From Anolis carolinensis (lineage: Eukaryota), in NCBI RefSeq assembly GCF_035594765.1, contig NW_026943824.1:1126050-1190049 (forward strand): DNA of 64,000 nt. The letters run 5' to 3'. The translations under genes and the position numbers were made by a program. Positions 24,901-37,869 of the stretch are shown piece by piece. Position 1 is the first letter of the stretch, and each line of letters begins with the position of its first letter. The notes under the pieces are model-generated. The model searched no databases. It was not told the origin of the DNA and saw only the letters and a program-made list of their open reading frames with translations.

Positions 24901-26303
24901 ATGTTTACAAAATCCTCGATCATACCAAGGACAATCTTTAATCTTAGACTCTGGATCGATGTGCAAGAACGGGCACTCCTTGTTGCTGCATTCCCCTGCA
25001 GTAGACAAGCACACGCTGTGCATCAGGAACGGCCCCGCAAAATAGTACAGAATTAGACATCATGTACATGCGTGTCCTTTACCATCTAAAAAATCATTGC
25101 TTTCCATCCCTATCCACTTAGAGGAGCAAAGCAGTTTATTTATCCTGGAAATTTAGACACCTTCAGACCAATTATGTTAAGAAATAGTCCCGATAAAAAC
25201 CTAAATTGGCCTTCAGATCTGATGGCAAGTTAGTGTAACACGAGACTACAATATCAACACTGTTTATAAAACTATTGTCTTGAATAAATTGCTGAGACTT
25301 TCAACATGGAGAACTTGGAATGCTTGAACACAGACTGCTCTTTATAAGTCAAGAATACCCAGCAAGAGTGTGGCACAGTCAAATGGAAGATCATTCTTAC
25401 CATATTTTGAGTAGAAGTAACACTCAGGCATCTTGGTCATGTCATATTCATGCAGAAATTCGCACTGGTCTCCCTTTTTGCACAGACCTCGTAGCCAGTG
25501 TTTGCAGACAACAGTCTTTTCCCCACTGATGTGTCGGAACGGACACATCCCTCCTAAGTGGAGAGAGGGAACAGTTTTAGCGTTCCTTCAGCTACTTTAT
25601 TTATTTTTATTTATTTACTGTATTTATATTCTGCCCTTCTTACCCCGAAAGGGACTCAGGGCGGATCACATTACACATATAAGGCAAACATTCAATGCCT
25701 TAACACAGAACAAAGACAGGGACAAACGCAGGCTCCGAGCTGGCCTCGAACTCATGACCTCTTGGTCAGAGTGATTTGTTGCAGCTGGCTGCTCACCAAC
25801 CTGCGCCACAGCCCGGGCTTTTGAAAAGAATAGGCCTTGTATGAACCAGGGCAAGGGATCACCATTAAATGCTCATGCTAGAATTAGATTATACCTTAAA
25901 GATAAATATAATTTGCTTATTTTCTTATAGTTCATGACATCAAAAGATTTTCAGGGTTCAGATAGCTGCAGGTGGTAAGTTTTCCTTCCACCAAATAAAC
26001 GTGATCTTCCCTTCTTATTTAGGATTGCAGAGACCACTACGAACTGAATGATCAGTCCATTTGCAAACTCTCAGGCCCTATCTGCACTAACCATTTAATA
26101 CAGTTCAAAGATAGCTTCAAACTGCTGCAGCACGACAGCAAACACCCACAAAAGCATGCGAAAGAAAGCCCTTAATGGTTAGTGCTCTTTGGTTTGTGTT
26201 ATCACCATCGAAGCCTCAAACTGGTCCCAGGATTTCCTATGAAATTATCTGCACAGCAAAACTATGTTCTTCAATACCAGTTTGAAACTGTATCAAAGTG
26301 TTG

Positions 26304-26339
<36 letters not shown>

Positions 26340-27872
26340 TATTCTTATATCCTGCCCCATCTCCCCAAGGGGGCTCGGGGTGGCTTACAAAGGGACAATG
26401 CCCAAACAATATAAAAATACAACAGTAAAAACAAATCCAAACATCAAGAAAAAGCATACAACAACAATTTAAAAACAAAACATGTTCAATGCCCTGGAGC
26501 GGTATAGTTGGATGTACCCGCAGTAACCTTCACTGAGATTCCATTTGTAAGACCATCTAATTAGCTTCTGGACTCCCCTTATATTCCATTTGAAAGCACC
26601 ACAAACAATGATTCAACAAGAATATAAATAATATTACCTATTGACAGTAAATAAGTTAACAGTACACAATCAGAAGGCTGATCCCGCTTCACCTTTTCCC
26701 TTCCTGCATAATATATCTATAGTTTTGGCTTACCTTTCCCACAGGCCGCCTTTAAGAAAAAATCACAGACAGCAGCTCCCGATTCTGTGGAGAAAGAGAT
26801 GCAGGATGAAAACCGCAATATCCCACACCTTTGCCACTTTCAGTTTCTCAATATACATAATGCTCCGCCTCAGAAATTTCCAAACACTTCATGTTGGAAA
26901 CCGCCCTGAGTCCCCTCAGGGAGACAGAGCAGGTTACAAATAAAATTATTATTATTGTTATTATTATTATTGGGTTGTTGTGCACTTTCTGGGCTGTCTG
27001 GCCATGTTCCAGAAGCATTCTCTCCTGATGTTTCTCCCACATCTATGGCAGGTATTCTCAGAGGTTGTGAGGTATAGAGAAACTAAGTGTTGTGGAAGGC
27101 TTTCATGGCCGGGATCACAGGGTTGTTGTAAGTTTTCTGGACTGTATGGCCATGTTCCAGAAGTATTCTCTCCTGACGTTTCGCCCACATCTATGGCAGG
27201 CATCCTCAGAGGTTGTTTCTCCATACCTCACAGCCCGGAAAACATACAACAACCATAAGCAAGGAAGGTTTATATATCTGTGGAAGTTCCTGTGTGTGTT
27301 TGGGGGGGGGACTTTCTCTGTTGGAGGCCAGTGTGAATGTTGGAATTAATCACCTTCATTAGCATTTAAATGGCCTTCCATGCTTTACCTCCTGGGCTAG
27401 GAGATTCCTTTGTTCAGAGTCGTTAGCTGCCCCTGACTGACTCCTGTCTGGAATTCTTCTGTTTTCAGAGTACTGCTCCTTATTTACTGTTCTGATTTTT
27501 TTTTCTCCAGAAGCATTCTTTCCTGACGTTTCACCCACATCTATGGCAGGCATCCTCAGAGGTTGGGAGGTGCATTCCTTACCACCTGAGGAGGCCTGCC
27601 ATAGATGTGGGCGAAACGTCAGGAGAGAATGCTTCTGGAACATGGCCAGACAGCCCGAAAAAGGCACAACAACCCAATTATTGTGATTTTGTTTTTGTTA
27701 TTACGAAGGCTTTTGAAGGCGTCTTGGCGCCGAGGCCTACCCTCCGCCCTCAGCCCTGCCCTCGCGTACTGTCCATCCCCGGGAAGGGGAGCGGCTGGGC
27801 GCCCAGCTGCTGCTCCACCGCGATCTCCAGCTCGAACTTGATGTGCTCCACGTTGGCGATGAGTTCCTGCAT
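21976..27872 (-). CDS. CPSF4: Cleavage and polyadenylation specificity factor 4 (CPSF30), 269 aa; exons 27872-27770, 26784-26734, 25553-25401, 24995-24900, 24681-24588, 24043-23971, 22491-22321, 22044-21976
   Basis: Starts [35 protein letters not shown]; five CCCH fingers (e.g. [20 protein letters not shown]); terminal zinc knuckle [14 protein letters not shown]. Exon lengths sum to 810 nt; all introns GT-AG. Confidence 0.97.
22889..23098 (-). mobile_element. Sauria-SINE-like fragment adjoining a truncated mariner MITE
   Basis: Matches the 5' two-thirds of the SINE at 48096-48426 (tRNA-like head with GGTTCAAATTC B box). Confidence 0.7.
26970..27676. mobile_element. Cluster of Penelope-like terminal repeats (direct and inverted) with minimal hammerhead motifs, CPSF4 intron 1
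   Basis: CCT-CTGAGGA-TGCCTGCCATAGATGTGGGC-GAAAC-GTC-AGG on minus at 27172-27212 and 27522-27562, degenerate at 27023-27063, and on plus at 27583-27623. Confidence 0.8.
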
Positions 27873-27879
27873 GGTGACG

Positions 27880-28230
27880 GGGATCCACGGAGGCCGAAGG
27901 AGCGAGCAAGGCCTCGCCGAGGCTTCCTTCAGGCAAAAAAAAAGAGGCCGGGAAGCTGCGCGCGCATCGCCCGCTCGCCCAATCCTAATGTTTGTTCTCC
28001 TTCAGCCAATGAGACAGGGTGATACAAAACCCTCGTCTCAATTTTGTATTTTCAGCCAATGAGACGAGGCGATACAAAACCCTCGGCTCAGTTTGTTTTC
28101 TCCTTCAGCCAATGAAACGAGGCCCCGCCCTCTGGGAAGGAAAGGATTGCGTCATTTTCGGGCGCCGTTTTGAAGAGAGAAGCGAGGAGATGCGGGAGAG
28201 GAGGCCACGCTTCTGATTGGCTGAAGGTGC
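27880..28230. promoter_or_regulatory. Bidirectional CPSF4/PTCD1 CpG promoter with five CCAAT boxes and a GC box
   Basis: CCAAT at 27979, 28006, 28056, 28109; ATTGG at 28216; CCCCGCCC at 28123. The two genes are head-to-head. Confidence 0.75.
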
Positions 28231-28520
28231 TGAATAATTAATAATATTATTACTGTATTGTTATTATTATTATTATTATTTATTAGCGACCCTTCTCACC
28301 CCAAAGGGGACTCAGGACAGTTTACAAGTATATATATATATATATATATATACACAATATATTATATTATATGACTATATTGCAATATTATTAGTAATAT
28401 TGCATGTAATATAAATATACAATTATAATAGTGAATTATAATTATTACATTGTATTACATCATAATATTATTAATATTACATGTATATACAATATATGGT
28501 AATATTAGTATAGTATAATA

Positions 28521-28569
<49 letters not shown>

Positions 28570-29493
28570 GGGTTGCTGTGGGTTCTCCGTGGGTTAGCCA
28601 TGTTCGAGTAGCATTCTCTCCTGACGTTTTTATGCTATATTTATTTTCCATTTTATGATTTATATGATTTTTACTTCAATTTTGATTTTTTTTAATTCAA
28701 CGTAATTTAATAATATCAACATTAAAATGATTTTAGAATTTAATTAATGAAATAAAATAAAAAGAATACGTCACGAAATTTTAAAAAATACTTGTGATTT
28801 TTAATCTGCATTTTTATGGGTGAATTTTTACCCAGCATCTTAACTGTGTGTATCTTGTTATGCATTATGGTAATTGTGTTGTCTTTTATCTTTCATTATT
28901 ACATTGTATATGTTTGGTTTGAGAGTTAAATAAATCCATTTGGGTTAAACATATATAAATGGGATACCTGCACTGCATTACACAGTGTTTGTTTATATTG
29001 TTACTATACGTAAGTCTAACGTTATTCATTGTATAAAAGATAGAGACGGAGTTACGGCCAATCACCAGGTTTATTTAAACCCGATCCAGATCAGAGACGG
29101 TTTCAAATTACATTCACTTACCTATACAGTTTTGAATATATAGATTGATGTTACAATCATAATATTAGCAATTGTATTGCAGTAGAAGTGTGTAATAGAA
29201 GTGAGTCTCCACGGGGAGATGGTGGCGGGGTATAAATAAAGTTTTATTATTATTATTATTATAACTGTAACATAACTTGCTTTGTGTTATATTATATATT
29301 ATACTTTTCCTTTTCTTGTTTTTGCTGTATATAATAGACATCTGTGCGTATAATTTTATCTATAACTATATCCCTCCCCAAAAAATGAGAATTTGATCAT
29401 GCATCTATTATTATTACTATTATAACGTAACATTTTGGATTTCAGACAATGGCCATGTAATCAAGGGACAAAGGGAAGAAAGGCCACGCCGCG

Positions 29494-32400
29494 ATGGCTG
29501 TGCAACTGGTATCCCGTCACTTCTTAGAAGTTTTCTGTCCTTGGATATCTACTCATTCCAGATTCTCTTCCATTTCAAAGAACTGTTTACTACTCAGGTT
29601 TCTGGGTCTACGAACTTTCAGCTCCTCTCCAGCACTTTACAAGTTACACAACAGGGACTTGGGAAAGGAACTGCCTTCCAGCTCCTCTGAAGCCATTCTT
29701 AAGCAGGAGCCTGATGATGATGATGATGATGAAGTCGGCTTTGGGACACTGTCCCATAAATTCTCTGGAAGGCGGTTTTTCCAGAAAGCAACACCAGAAC
29801 TCTACAACTTACAGCTCCAAGCGCAGGGAGAGGAGAAGGATGAGCCGCAACCGAAACCCCGCCATGGTCCCAGGAATACTCCGTATTGGTATTTCTTGCA
29901 ATGCAAGGCCCTGATAAAGGAGAATAAGGTCATTTCCTTACTAGTATATTTAATTAAAAGGATCAGGTGGGAGGGGAAAAGTTGCATGCCAGCCGCTTGG
30001 GAAAATTGCCCTTAACAGCCTAGATAAGCATGGATCTTTACCAGTGGTTCCCAAACTAATTCCCTATATGGTTTTATACTACAGTTTGTTTGTTTGTTTC
30101 CAGCATTTATATCCCACCCTTCTCACCCAAAAGGACTCAGGGTGGCTTACAACAATGGCAGCAATTCGATGCCTACACAAAATTGATATCAAACAATACA
30201 TAAGTCAATTAAAACTATTATTATTTATTTATTTACAGCATTTATATTCCGCCCTTCTCACCCCGAAGGAGGGCGGATCACATTACACATATAGGCAAAC
30301 ATTCAATGCCTTTTAACATAGAACAAAGACAAGACAAACACAGGCTCCGAGCGGGCCTCGAACTCATGACCTCCTGGTCAGAGTGATTCATTGCAGCTGG
30401 TTGCAGCTGGCTTGCTCTCCAGCCTGTGCCACAGCCCGGGCCTGTTATTAAATACAATACAAAATTACAATGTATAAATTTAAAAACATATGATCAGATC
30501 CATTTGTCCAAAAAACCTCAAGTTCCCAGAGGTCCCAGCTGGTCTGGGTGGTTTTCAGGAATTTGGAGAACTGAACCCCTAGGATCTATTTGTATCTGGC
30601 CATTAAAGCCTTAGATGTCTCTGACACCTCCTCACAATTGTTCCCTCTTCTCTGTAGTTGAAAGAAGCCCTGGGTCTGTTTGAGACACAGATGCTGAAGG
30701 AAGAGCGCGTCTTCCCAGAAGAGAGCAACTACACAGTGTTGATCGGCGGATGTGGCAGGGTTGGATATCTGAAGAAAGCCTTCAGGCTCTACAATGATGT
30801 AAATACCCAAGACCAGGTTTCTTTTTTCATTAAGGATCTCAGATCTGCTGTTGTGCAGAGTGTACTAATGTCACCAAGTTTGCAAAGAATTCATATACAC
30901 TGTAGAATTGGAACTGCAGTCTATGTAGATCACAGATAAATTGGTAGAGTATAATTATATTATCTGCATCCAGTTTTATGCTAGTTCCAGTTCTAAATAT
31001 GTATTCTTTACATGTGTAAAATTACGATGAAATGGATCGTAATGCAAAAATTCATATAACACTACAGATGGGAGTGATCTCAGTCTTTGTGGGAGAGTGC
31101 ATCTGGCATTAAAGTTTTCGTAGCATGATTGGGCTGTGCGTTATTGATTCACCTGCATTTCAACCAGATCTTCTAAAATGTTTCTAACCAACACTGTTAA
31201 AAAATGCAATGCTTCGTTTGAGTGTTTTCCATTTAACCTATTTGTTATTGCTTTGCTGGGCGGTAGATGAAAAAGCGAGGCTTGGAGCCCACCGATGCCA
31301 CGTACACTGCCCTGTTCAATGCCTGTGCGGAGTCGCCCTGGAAGGATACCGGCCTGCAAGCGGCCCTGAAGTTACGGCAGGAACTGCTGAGCAAAAACAT
31401 TGAGCTGAGTGTCATCACCTACCGTGCCCTCTTGAAAGCTTGCGCCTTCTGCTCAGATCTCCAGATGTGCTTCGAGATCCTGAAGGTAATGAGAAACTTT
31501 TGTTTGGGAAAGATTTGGGTTTCTTCACAGGTCTTCTTTGAATCGGTTTCTGCTTTATTGCCTTGGGTTCAGCCGTGGACAGCTGCCACCTTCCAGATGA
31601 TGTTTGACTGATGGGATCTGGAGTGTAACAACATGTGGAAGGTGGCTGCTGCTGATAGAATCTGTTCACAAAAATAGATTTTGCTCTGTCTGCAGGGTGT
31701 CTGTTCTCAGACTTTGCAGAAAGATGGGATAGAAATAAGGATGATGACAATAATAGTAATAATAATAATAATCCAGCATATCTATCTTGTTTGCTGTGAC
31801 ATAATAAAATAATAATAATAGATCCTGTTGAAATGATGGACTTCTAGTCCAACAATAACCAAAAGTAACTACACCTCAAGACCATGTTTGAGGACTTAAA
31901 AATGCGTAGATATAGCTAACATATATATCCCTGAGTTGACATCAGTAACAATATATGAAACGATATCCTGTATGACTCTTTTTACCCTCATTTATTTTGA
32001 CTTGGAAATGTTGTCCCTGGAGCATTTAAATTTGTTTAGAAATTGATTTTCCACAGATTTGTTGAAGCTAACTTTATCATTGTTAGTCCTTTCAGTGTAA
32101 AACAATGATGATGAAATTGCCCTTTTGTTATCCTTCCCCCTTTCAGGAGATGGTCCATAAAGGCCACCAGATTACCACAGAGACATTCAATTTCCTCCTC
32201 ATGGGATGCATAAAAGACAAAGAAAATGGGTTCCGGTATGCCTTGCAGGTCTGTTTACTGTCAATACGCATCCAGACGCACGTCCTGCACACCCCATTGT
32301 GCATCAGTCCCATTGTACTATACTATGTGGTCACTTAATAGCAGCTCTTTACTAGATACAGATGTTACAGAATTCTAATTCCCAGAGATGTGTATAATAA

Positions 32401-34600
32401 TAATAACAACAACAACTTTATTCTTGTATCCCGCCCCATCTCCTGAAGGAGCTCGGGGCAGCTCACCAAACCCAAAATACACCACAAAATACAACAACAA
32501 GGTACATTTAAAACATATAAACATAGGCCTATAAAATATACAATAAAACATACTAACAATAACCAATAACCTTCTAGGCGCAGTGAGCATATATCCACTT
32601 TTAAAGGCATAATTCCCTAACAGGATTCTGGCCAATGTTGCAGAAATCAACAGATCATCCAGTATTCAGCGTGAATTCCTTTAATCCTGCTCTATTTTTC
32701 CAAACAGGTCTGGCAGCAGATGAGAAAACTGAATCTTAAACCCGACAGCTACAGCTACAACTTGATGCTCAACGCTGCCAGAGAGTGCGGCCTTGGGGAT
32801 CCCGCAGCGGCTTCGGAATTGTTGCTCAGACCTTCGGGCGAAGGCTCTGCCATTCCACGGCTGGAGGCCGGTGGGAGGAAAAAGAGAAAGGGCCAGAGAG
32901 GAAAAACAGCAGACCCTGGACTTGGTACACAATTGGATGTAGAAAAACTGGAAAAATCCATCTTCCCAGAAGAGAGCAGGGAGGTGGAGGAGCAAAACAG
33001 TGCTGCAAGCAATGCTTGCATCAAGGCAGAGGCCAGAGGCGCTTCAAATCCAACAGATATGATAACGTTCAAGGAACCAATGTCATATGAAAATAGCTGT
33101 TTGTCTTCAAGCATGACAGAAGTAGGTGCTATGGATACATGCCACCTTCCCAACCTACTAGACTTGCAGATAGAAAATAAAAATGTGGTTTCCTTGGGAA
33201 CTGTGGCCACGGCTTCCGACAGGCTAGCTTTGATGGGGAACCTGGAGGGCTTCTTGCAGAAAATGAAGAGCGATGGAGTGGAGCCCAACATCAAGACATA
33301 CACGCTGCTGGCCGAAGTGGTCCAGCCCGGCAGCCCAGCGGAAGCTTCCTTACTGGCAGCGATGGAGAAGGAGGACAATGTGAAAGCTGACATAACTTTT
33401 TTTAACACCTTGATCAGGAAGAAGAGTAAAGCAGCAGATCTGGAAGGAGCAAAGGTAAGAGCCTGGCTGTGCAATGGAGGTTTGGATAGTGTGGGAACAG
33501 ATCTGCGGCGTTGGCAGGATTCGACTTTCTGAGGATCTCTAGTTTTATTTGAGATGAGAGCCTCTGGTGGCGCAGCGGGTTAAAACCGAGCTGCTGACTG
33601 AAAGGATCATAATAAAGTTTATTACTGTTGTTATTATTAATATTAAATAGATACAAGAGTCGGTCAACTTGTTTCATTAAAATAATGCAAAACCTGGCTC
33701 AGTACATCATTCCGGCATGGAATGTTTACAGCCCCATTCATCTGTCTTTTATATTATAGAGCTTAATGCCAATACTGCGGAAGAAAGGACTCTCGCCCAA
33801 TTTGCAGACCTTTTGTAACTTGGCCATAGCCTGCCGCAAGCAGAAGGATGGACTGCAGCTACTTTCAGATATGCAGGTACCAAATGAATGGGATTTGATG
33901 GCTTTTAGCTTCCATTTTATACATACTCTCAACCCAGCTTGGGACCAGAGCAGGGATTCATATGATCCAGTTCAAAGCAAATGTGAATTATCTAATTTGA
34001 TAATCTGGATTATATGGCTTTAGTTAGACATAAAGATGCCCTTTTGTCTCCTGGCTCTTTGCCTCCATACCTATAGAAGCAAATGTATCATTTCTTCAGA
34101 GACGTCTTTTACTTACTCTCTGGGGCTGTGTCTTTCAGCAATCTGGCCAAAACCCCAATGTACACATCTACAGTACTCTGATTAATGCCGCCGTGAAGAG
34201 ACTGGACTATGCCTACCTGATAGAGATCCTAAAAGATATGAGAAACACTCGAGTCCCTCCAAATGAAGTGGTCATACGTCAGCTGGAGTTCGCAGCCCAG
34301 TATCCGCCTCAATTTGATCGGGTAAGTTAACTTGTAGTGAGGTTATGTCTCGTGCACTGTTGCACTAATCCTGCACTCGGGAAGTATTTATTCTTGTTCT
34401 TTTTCCTCTTGCAGTATAAAACAAAGGACCCTTATCTGGAGAGAATTGATGGCTTTCGAGCCTACTACTTCCGCTGGCTAAAGTGGATGGAAGCAGAAGA
34501 AACTCCGCACCCTTGGGCAAAATTCAGAAATCCGAAGCAGCCGGAAAAGAAAGACGATTCTGACGATGCCCAAAAGCACAGGGGTGAAATGGGACAGTAG
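29494..34600 (+). CDS. PTCD1: Pentatricopeptide repeat domain protein 1 (mitochondrial), 709 aa; exons 29494-29928, 30658-30798, 31267-31485, 32147-32248, 32708-33454, 33760-33876, 34139-34321, 34415-34600
   Basis: [12 protein letters not shown]; PPR motifs [30 protein letters not shown]; C-terminal [12 protein letters not shown]...PHPW. Phase-0 GT-AG introns; total 2130 nt. Confidence 0.94.
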
Positions 34601-34932
34601 AATAAAAACAGCTGTTGATACTGTATTGCTGTTGTGTTATTTACAGAAATAACAACCAATTGCCAATGTTTGTGTAAGCAGGTAAAGATATGGCTCTAGA
34701 GCAGGCATGGGCAAATTTTGACCCTCTAGGTGTTTTGGACTTCAACTCCTACAATTCGTAACAGCCGGTACATTCCTAACATCGAACATTGATAATAAGA
34801 CTCATAGGGTGTTTCTAAATTATTCACGAATAAAGGTGTGCTTAATGAGTCCCTTCTGAAACTGATGGTATTAAGAATAACCACAACAGTATAAGAATTG
34901 TGCAACTCACTGGTTGGATAAGTGGACACGAC

Positions 34933-34948
34933 TTTATTTTAAAATAAA
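34933..34948. terminator. Back-to-back polyadenylation signals for BUD31 (-) and possibly PTCD1 (+)
   Basis: Perfect palindrome TTTATTTTAAAATAAA gives AATAAA on both strands between the converging genes. Confidence 0.55.
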
Positions 34949-35124
34949 ATGCATTCACGGGACATCAATACACACTACTTGCATTTACAATTCAGATTGT
35001 TGCAGCACAAAGTGCTGAGGAGATCAATTCAGAGCAAAATGGTTACAAAAGGAAGGGTCATCACGCTTTCGCACAGTTCCTGGTGTGGAGGCATTTGAAA
35101 GGCGGGACTCCTTCCACAACGGCC

Positions 35125-37155
35125 TCATCCAGAGCAGCCCCTGCAGCCGCAGTGAGTGCACTCAATTATCCGCCCCTGTGGAGTGAACCCAGAATGTTAA
35201 GTCACAATAGGTCCTGGGTAAACAAATAGTACAAGTCTTCCTTATTTATTTTTAAATTGACTTGGCAATGGCTAATCATGGAATCTCCTGATTGGATTCA
35301 CTGAATGGGACTACTAGTTGGATATGGGTCTGTGCCAGGCATGGGCAAACCTGGGTCCTCCAGGTGCTTTGGACTTCAACTCCCACCATTCCTAGCAGTC
35401 TCCAGCCCCTTCCTTCTGCCCCCTCCCCCTCAGCAACCCCAGGTCTTTATATGATGTGGTTTCAGTAACAGACTTATTTTCTGATTTGAAACAGAAATAA
35501 ACGTAAGTATCGTTATCAACCAGTTCCACATGGGCCTTTCACAGTTTGATTACCAGAATCCATATAATCTGGGAATGAGATTGCTGCCAGTTTGCATGAC
35601 TCAATAGAAAAAAATGTATGCAAAGCGGGACTTAATGCTAGAAATATTGCTACTTTGGGTGTATTTGAAAGATATTGTAATATTATAATAAATACTGTAA
35701 ATAAATAAATAAATAAATATGCTCTTACCACTTCCAGCTTGCCTTTGGGTACTCTGCAAATGCAGTTGGTCCCAAAGTTGGTATCTCTAGTTTGGATGCA
35801 GCGTAAGCAGCAGAGATTTTCATAACCTTGTTTCTTCCACTTGGCAATTAAGTTTTTGTCTGCATATCCTTCTCTGATGCAATACTCATACAATTCTATA
35901 CAGGACAGGGGTGAGAGAAAACAGAATTCAGTATATATCATTTTACCTAACACAAAGAGATAGGTAGGCGAATACTCATTTCCCTCCTTCTCAGATTAAG
36001 ACATATATATTTATTTATTACATTTATATCCCGCTCTTCTCACCCCGAAGGGGACTCAGAGCAGCTTACAAATAAAATAAACATACAATATATATTAGCA
36101 CAGCACAATATAAGCATTAAATTACTATATTGTACTATAGCATTATATGGTAATATTAGTAATATAACATTTAATATATAATTAATATTATATTGTATTA
36201 TTAGTACAGTAGAGTATCACTTATCCAAGCTAAACTGGCCAGCAGAACCTTGGATAAGTGAATATCTTGGATAATAAGGCGGGATTAAGGAAAAGCCTAT
36301 TAAACATCAAATTAGGTTATGATTTTACAAATTAAGCACCAAAACCTCATGTTATACAACAAATTTGACAGAAAAAGTAGTTCAATACGCAGGAATGTTA
36401 TGTTGTAATTATTGTATTTATGAATTTAGCAGTAAAATATCACAATATATTGCAAACATTGACTACAAAAATGGCTTGGATAATCCAGAGGCTTGGATAA
36501 GCGAGTCTTGGATAAGTGAGACTCTACTATATATTGTATTATTAGTAGTATAATATTGTATTCCATTATAATGTTATTATCAATATTATATGTATATACA
36601 ATATATTATATATTTATAAATTATAAATATATAAACATATGCACCAGCCATTTCAAATATATACACATTCCTTTCACTAAGAAATCAAAAGGACACTTGC
36701 ATCACCTCTACTGATGGCCTTCCTCTTGTAGAAGAGATCGAAAATGTAGCGTGTTTTCTGATGGTGAATTCTGAAGATGGGCCAGAGAGATTCCACTTTC
36801 CTCTTCCCTTCATGCGGTTCGGTTTCAGCTGAGTGGAAAAGAAGGAGCAGAAGGATGTTACTTTTCCAGTTCAGTCCAGTTGCTCATTACATCTTCATTA
36901 TGCCTTCTCACCATATACAAGGAAGAACTCTACAATAACCTGAACACTGTAGTAACAGGCAAATGTCAACTGGTATGTCCTTCTTACAGTAATATATTCT
37001 TGTAAGTAGAATGAATCGACAATGTTTCCAGCCATCAAAGTTCATACAAAAGTATGCTCACCTTCTCTCATTTTTTGATCCAGTTCATCTAAGGTTGGCT
37101 CAATTAATTCCCAACCATCTGGAGGAGGTTTTCTGCTTCTCTTCACTTTCGGCAT
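35125..37155 (-). CDS. BUD31: Spliceosomal protein BUD31 (G10), 144 aa; exons 37155-37062, 36828-36706, 35895-35729, 35175-35125
   Basis: [31 protein letters not shown]...[31 protein letters not shown]...[12 protein letters not shown]; 435 nt. Confidence 0.97.
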
Positions 37156-37234
37156 CTCCTTGGGATCTTAAAAAGGAAACAAAAATGGCAATAAAACAAA
37201 TGTCTCCATAAGCGATATGAAATACCAACCGCAC

Positions 37235-37765
37235 CATTCACACTTGCCTCAAGCAGACAAGAGTTCTTTCTATCTCCCACCCTGGACATCATTCCACTAG
37301 GATATAAACCTCACTCGCCTAGTTGGGAGGTGTTAGCTGGCCCTGATTGTTTCCTGCCTGGAGTCAGCCAGGCTTTGAAGCTGCAGGACTATTCAATGCT
37401 AATCAAGGTGGCCAATGGCAACATTCACACTTGCCTCCCACTCTGGACATCACTCCATAGGGATATAAACTTCACTCGCCTAGTTGGGAGGTGTTAGCTG
37501 GCCCTGATTGTTTCCTGCCTGGAATCAGCCAGGCTTTGAAGCTGCAGGGCTATTCAATGCTAATCAAGTTAGCCAATGGCAACATTCACACTTGCCTCCC
37601 ATCCTGGACATCATTCCACAGGGATATAAACCTCACTCGCCTAGTTGGGAGGTGTTAGCTGTCACTGACAGTTTCCTGCCTGGAATCAGCCAGGCTTTGA
37701 GGCTGCAGGGCTATTCAATGCTAATCAAGCTGGCCAACTGCACCATTCCCACTGCCCTAGCTTCC
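37235..37765. repeat. Three tandem 161-bp PLE-derived units in BUD31 intron 1
   Basis: CTGGACATC recurs at 37282, 37443, 37604. Shares TCAATGCTAATCAAG...CAACATTCACACTTG with the PLE fragments at 10600-10700 and 11440-11560. Confidence 0.8.
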
Positions 37766-37869
37766 AAAAGACCTCACAAAACAACACAATATACAGTGTA
37801 AGATCTTATTTAAAAGCATACAAACACTAAAAGAGAAATTAGGAACAATAAACAGGGAAAAGGTCTGAC

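Noticed and set aside
26967-28062. Recurrent peptide [19 protein letters not shown] in several ORFs
   Set aside because: Incidental translation of the Penelope terminal repeat; the conserved feature is the RNA hammerhead fold.
11843-29494. In-frame ATP5MF-PTCD1 read-through fusion as annotated in human
   Set aside because: All ATP5MF donors are phase 1. The PTCD1 acceptor at 29446 lies 48 nt before the ATG, so the join is out of frame and stops at ~29690.
32755-33474. 239-aa antisense ORF (also 52736-53437 and ORFs opposite CR1 ORF2)
   Set aside because: Shadow frames of real exons or ORFs, with no independent motif support.
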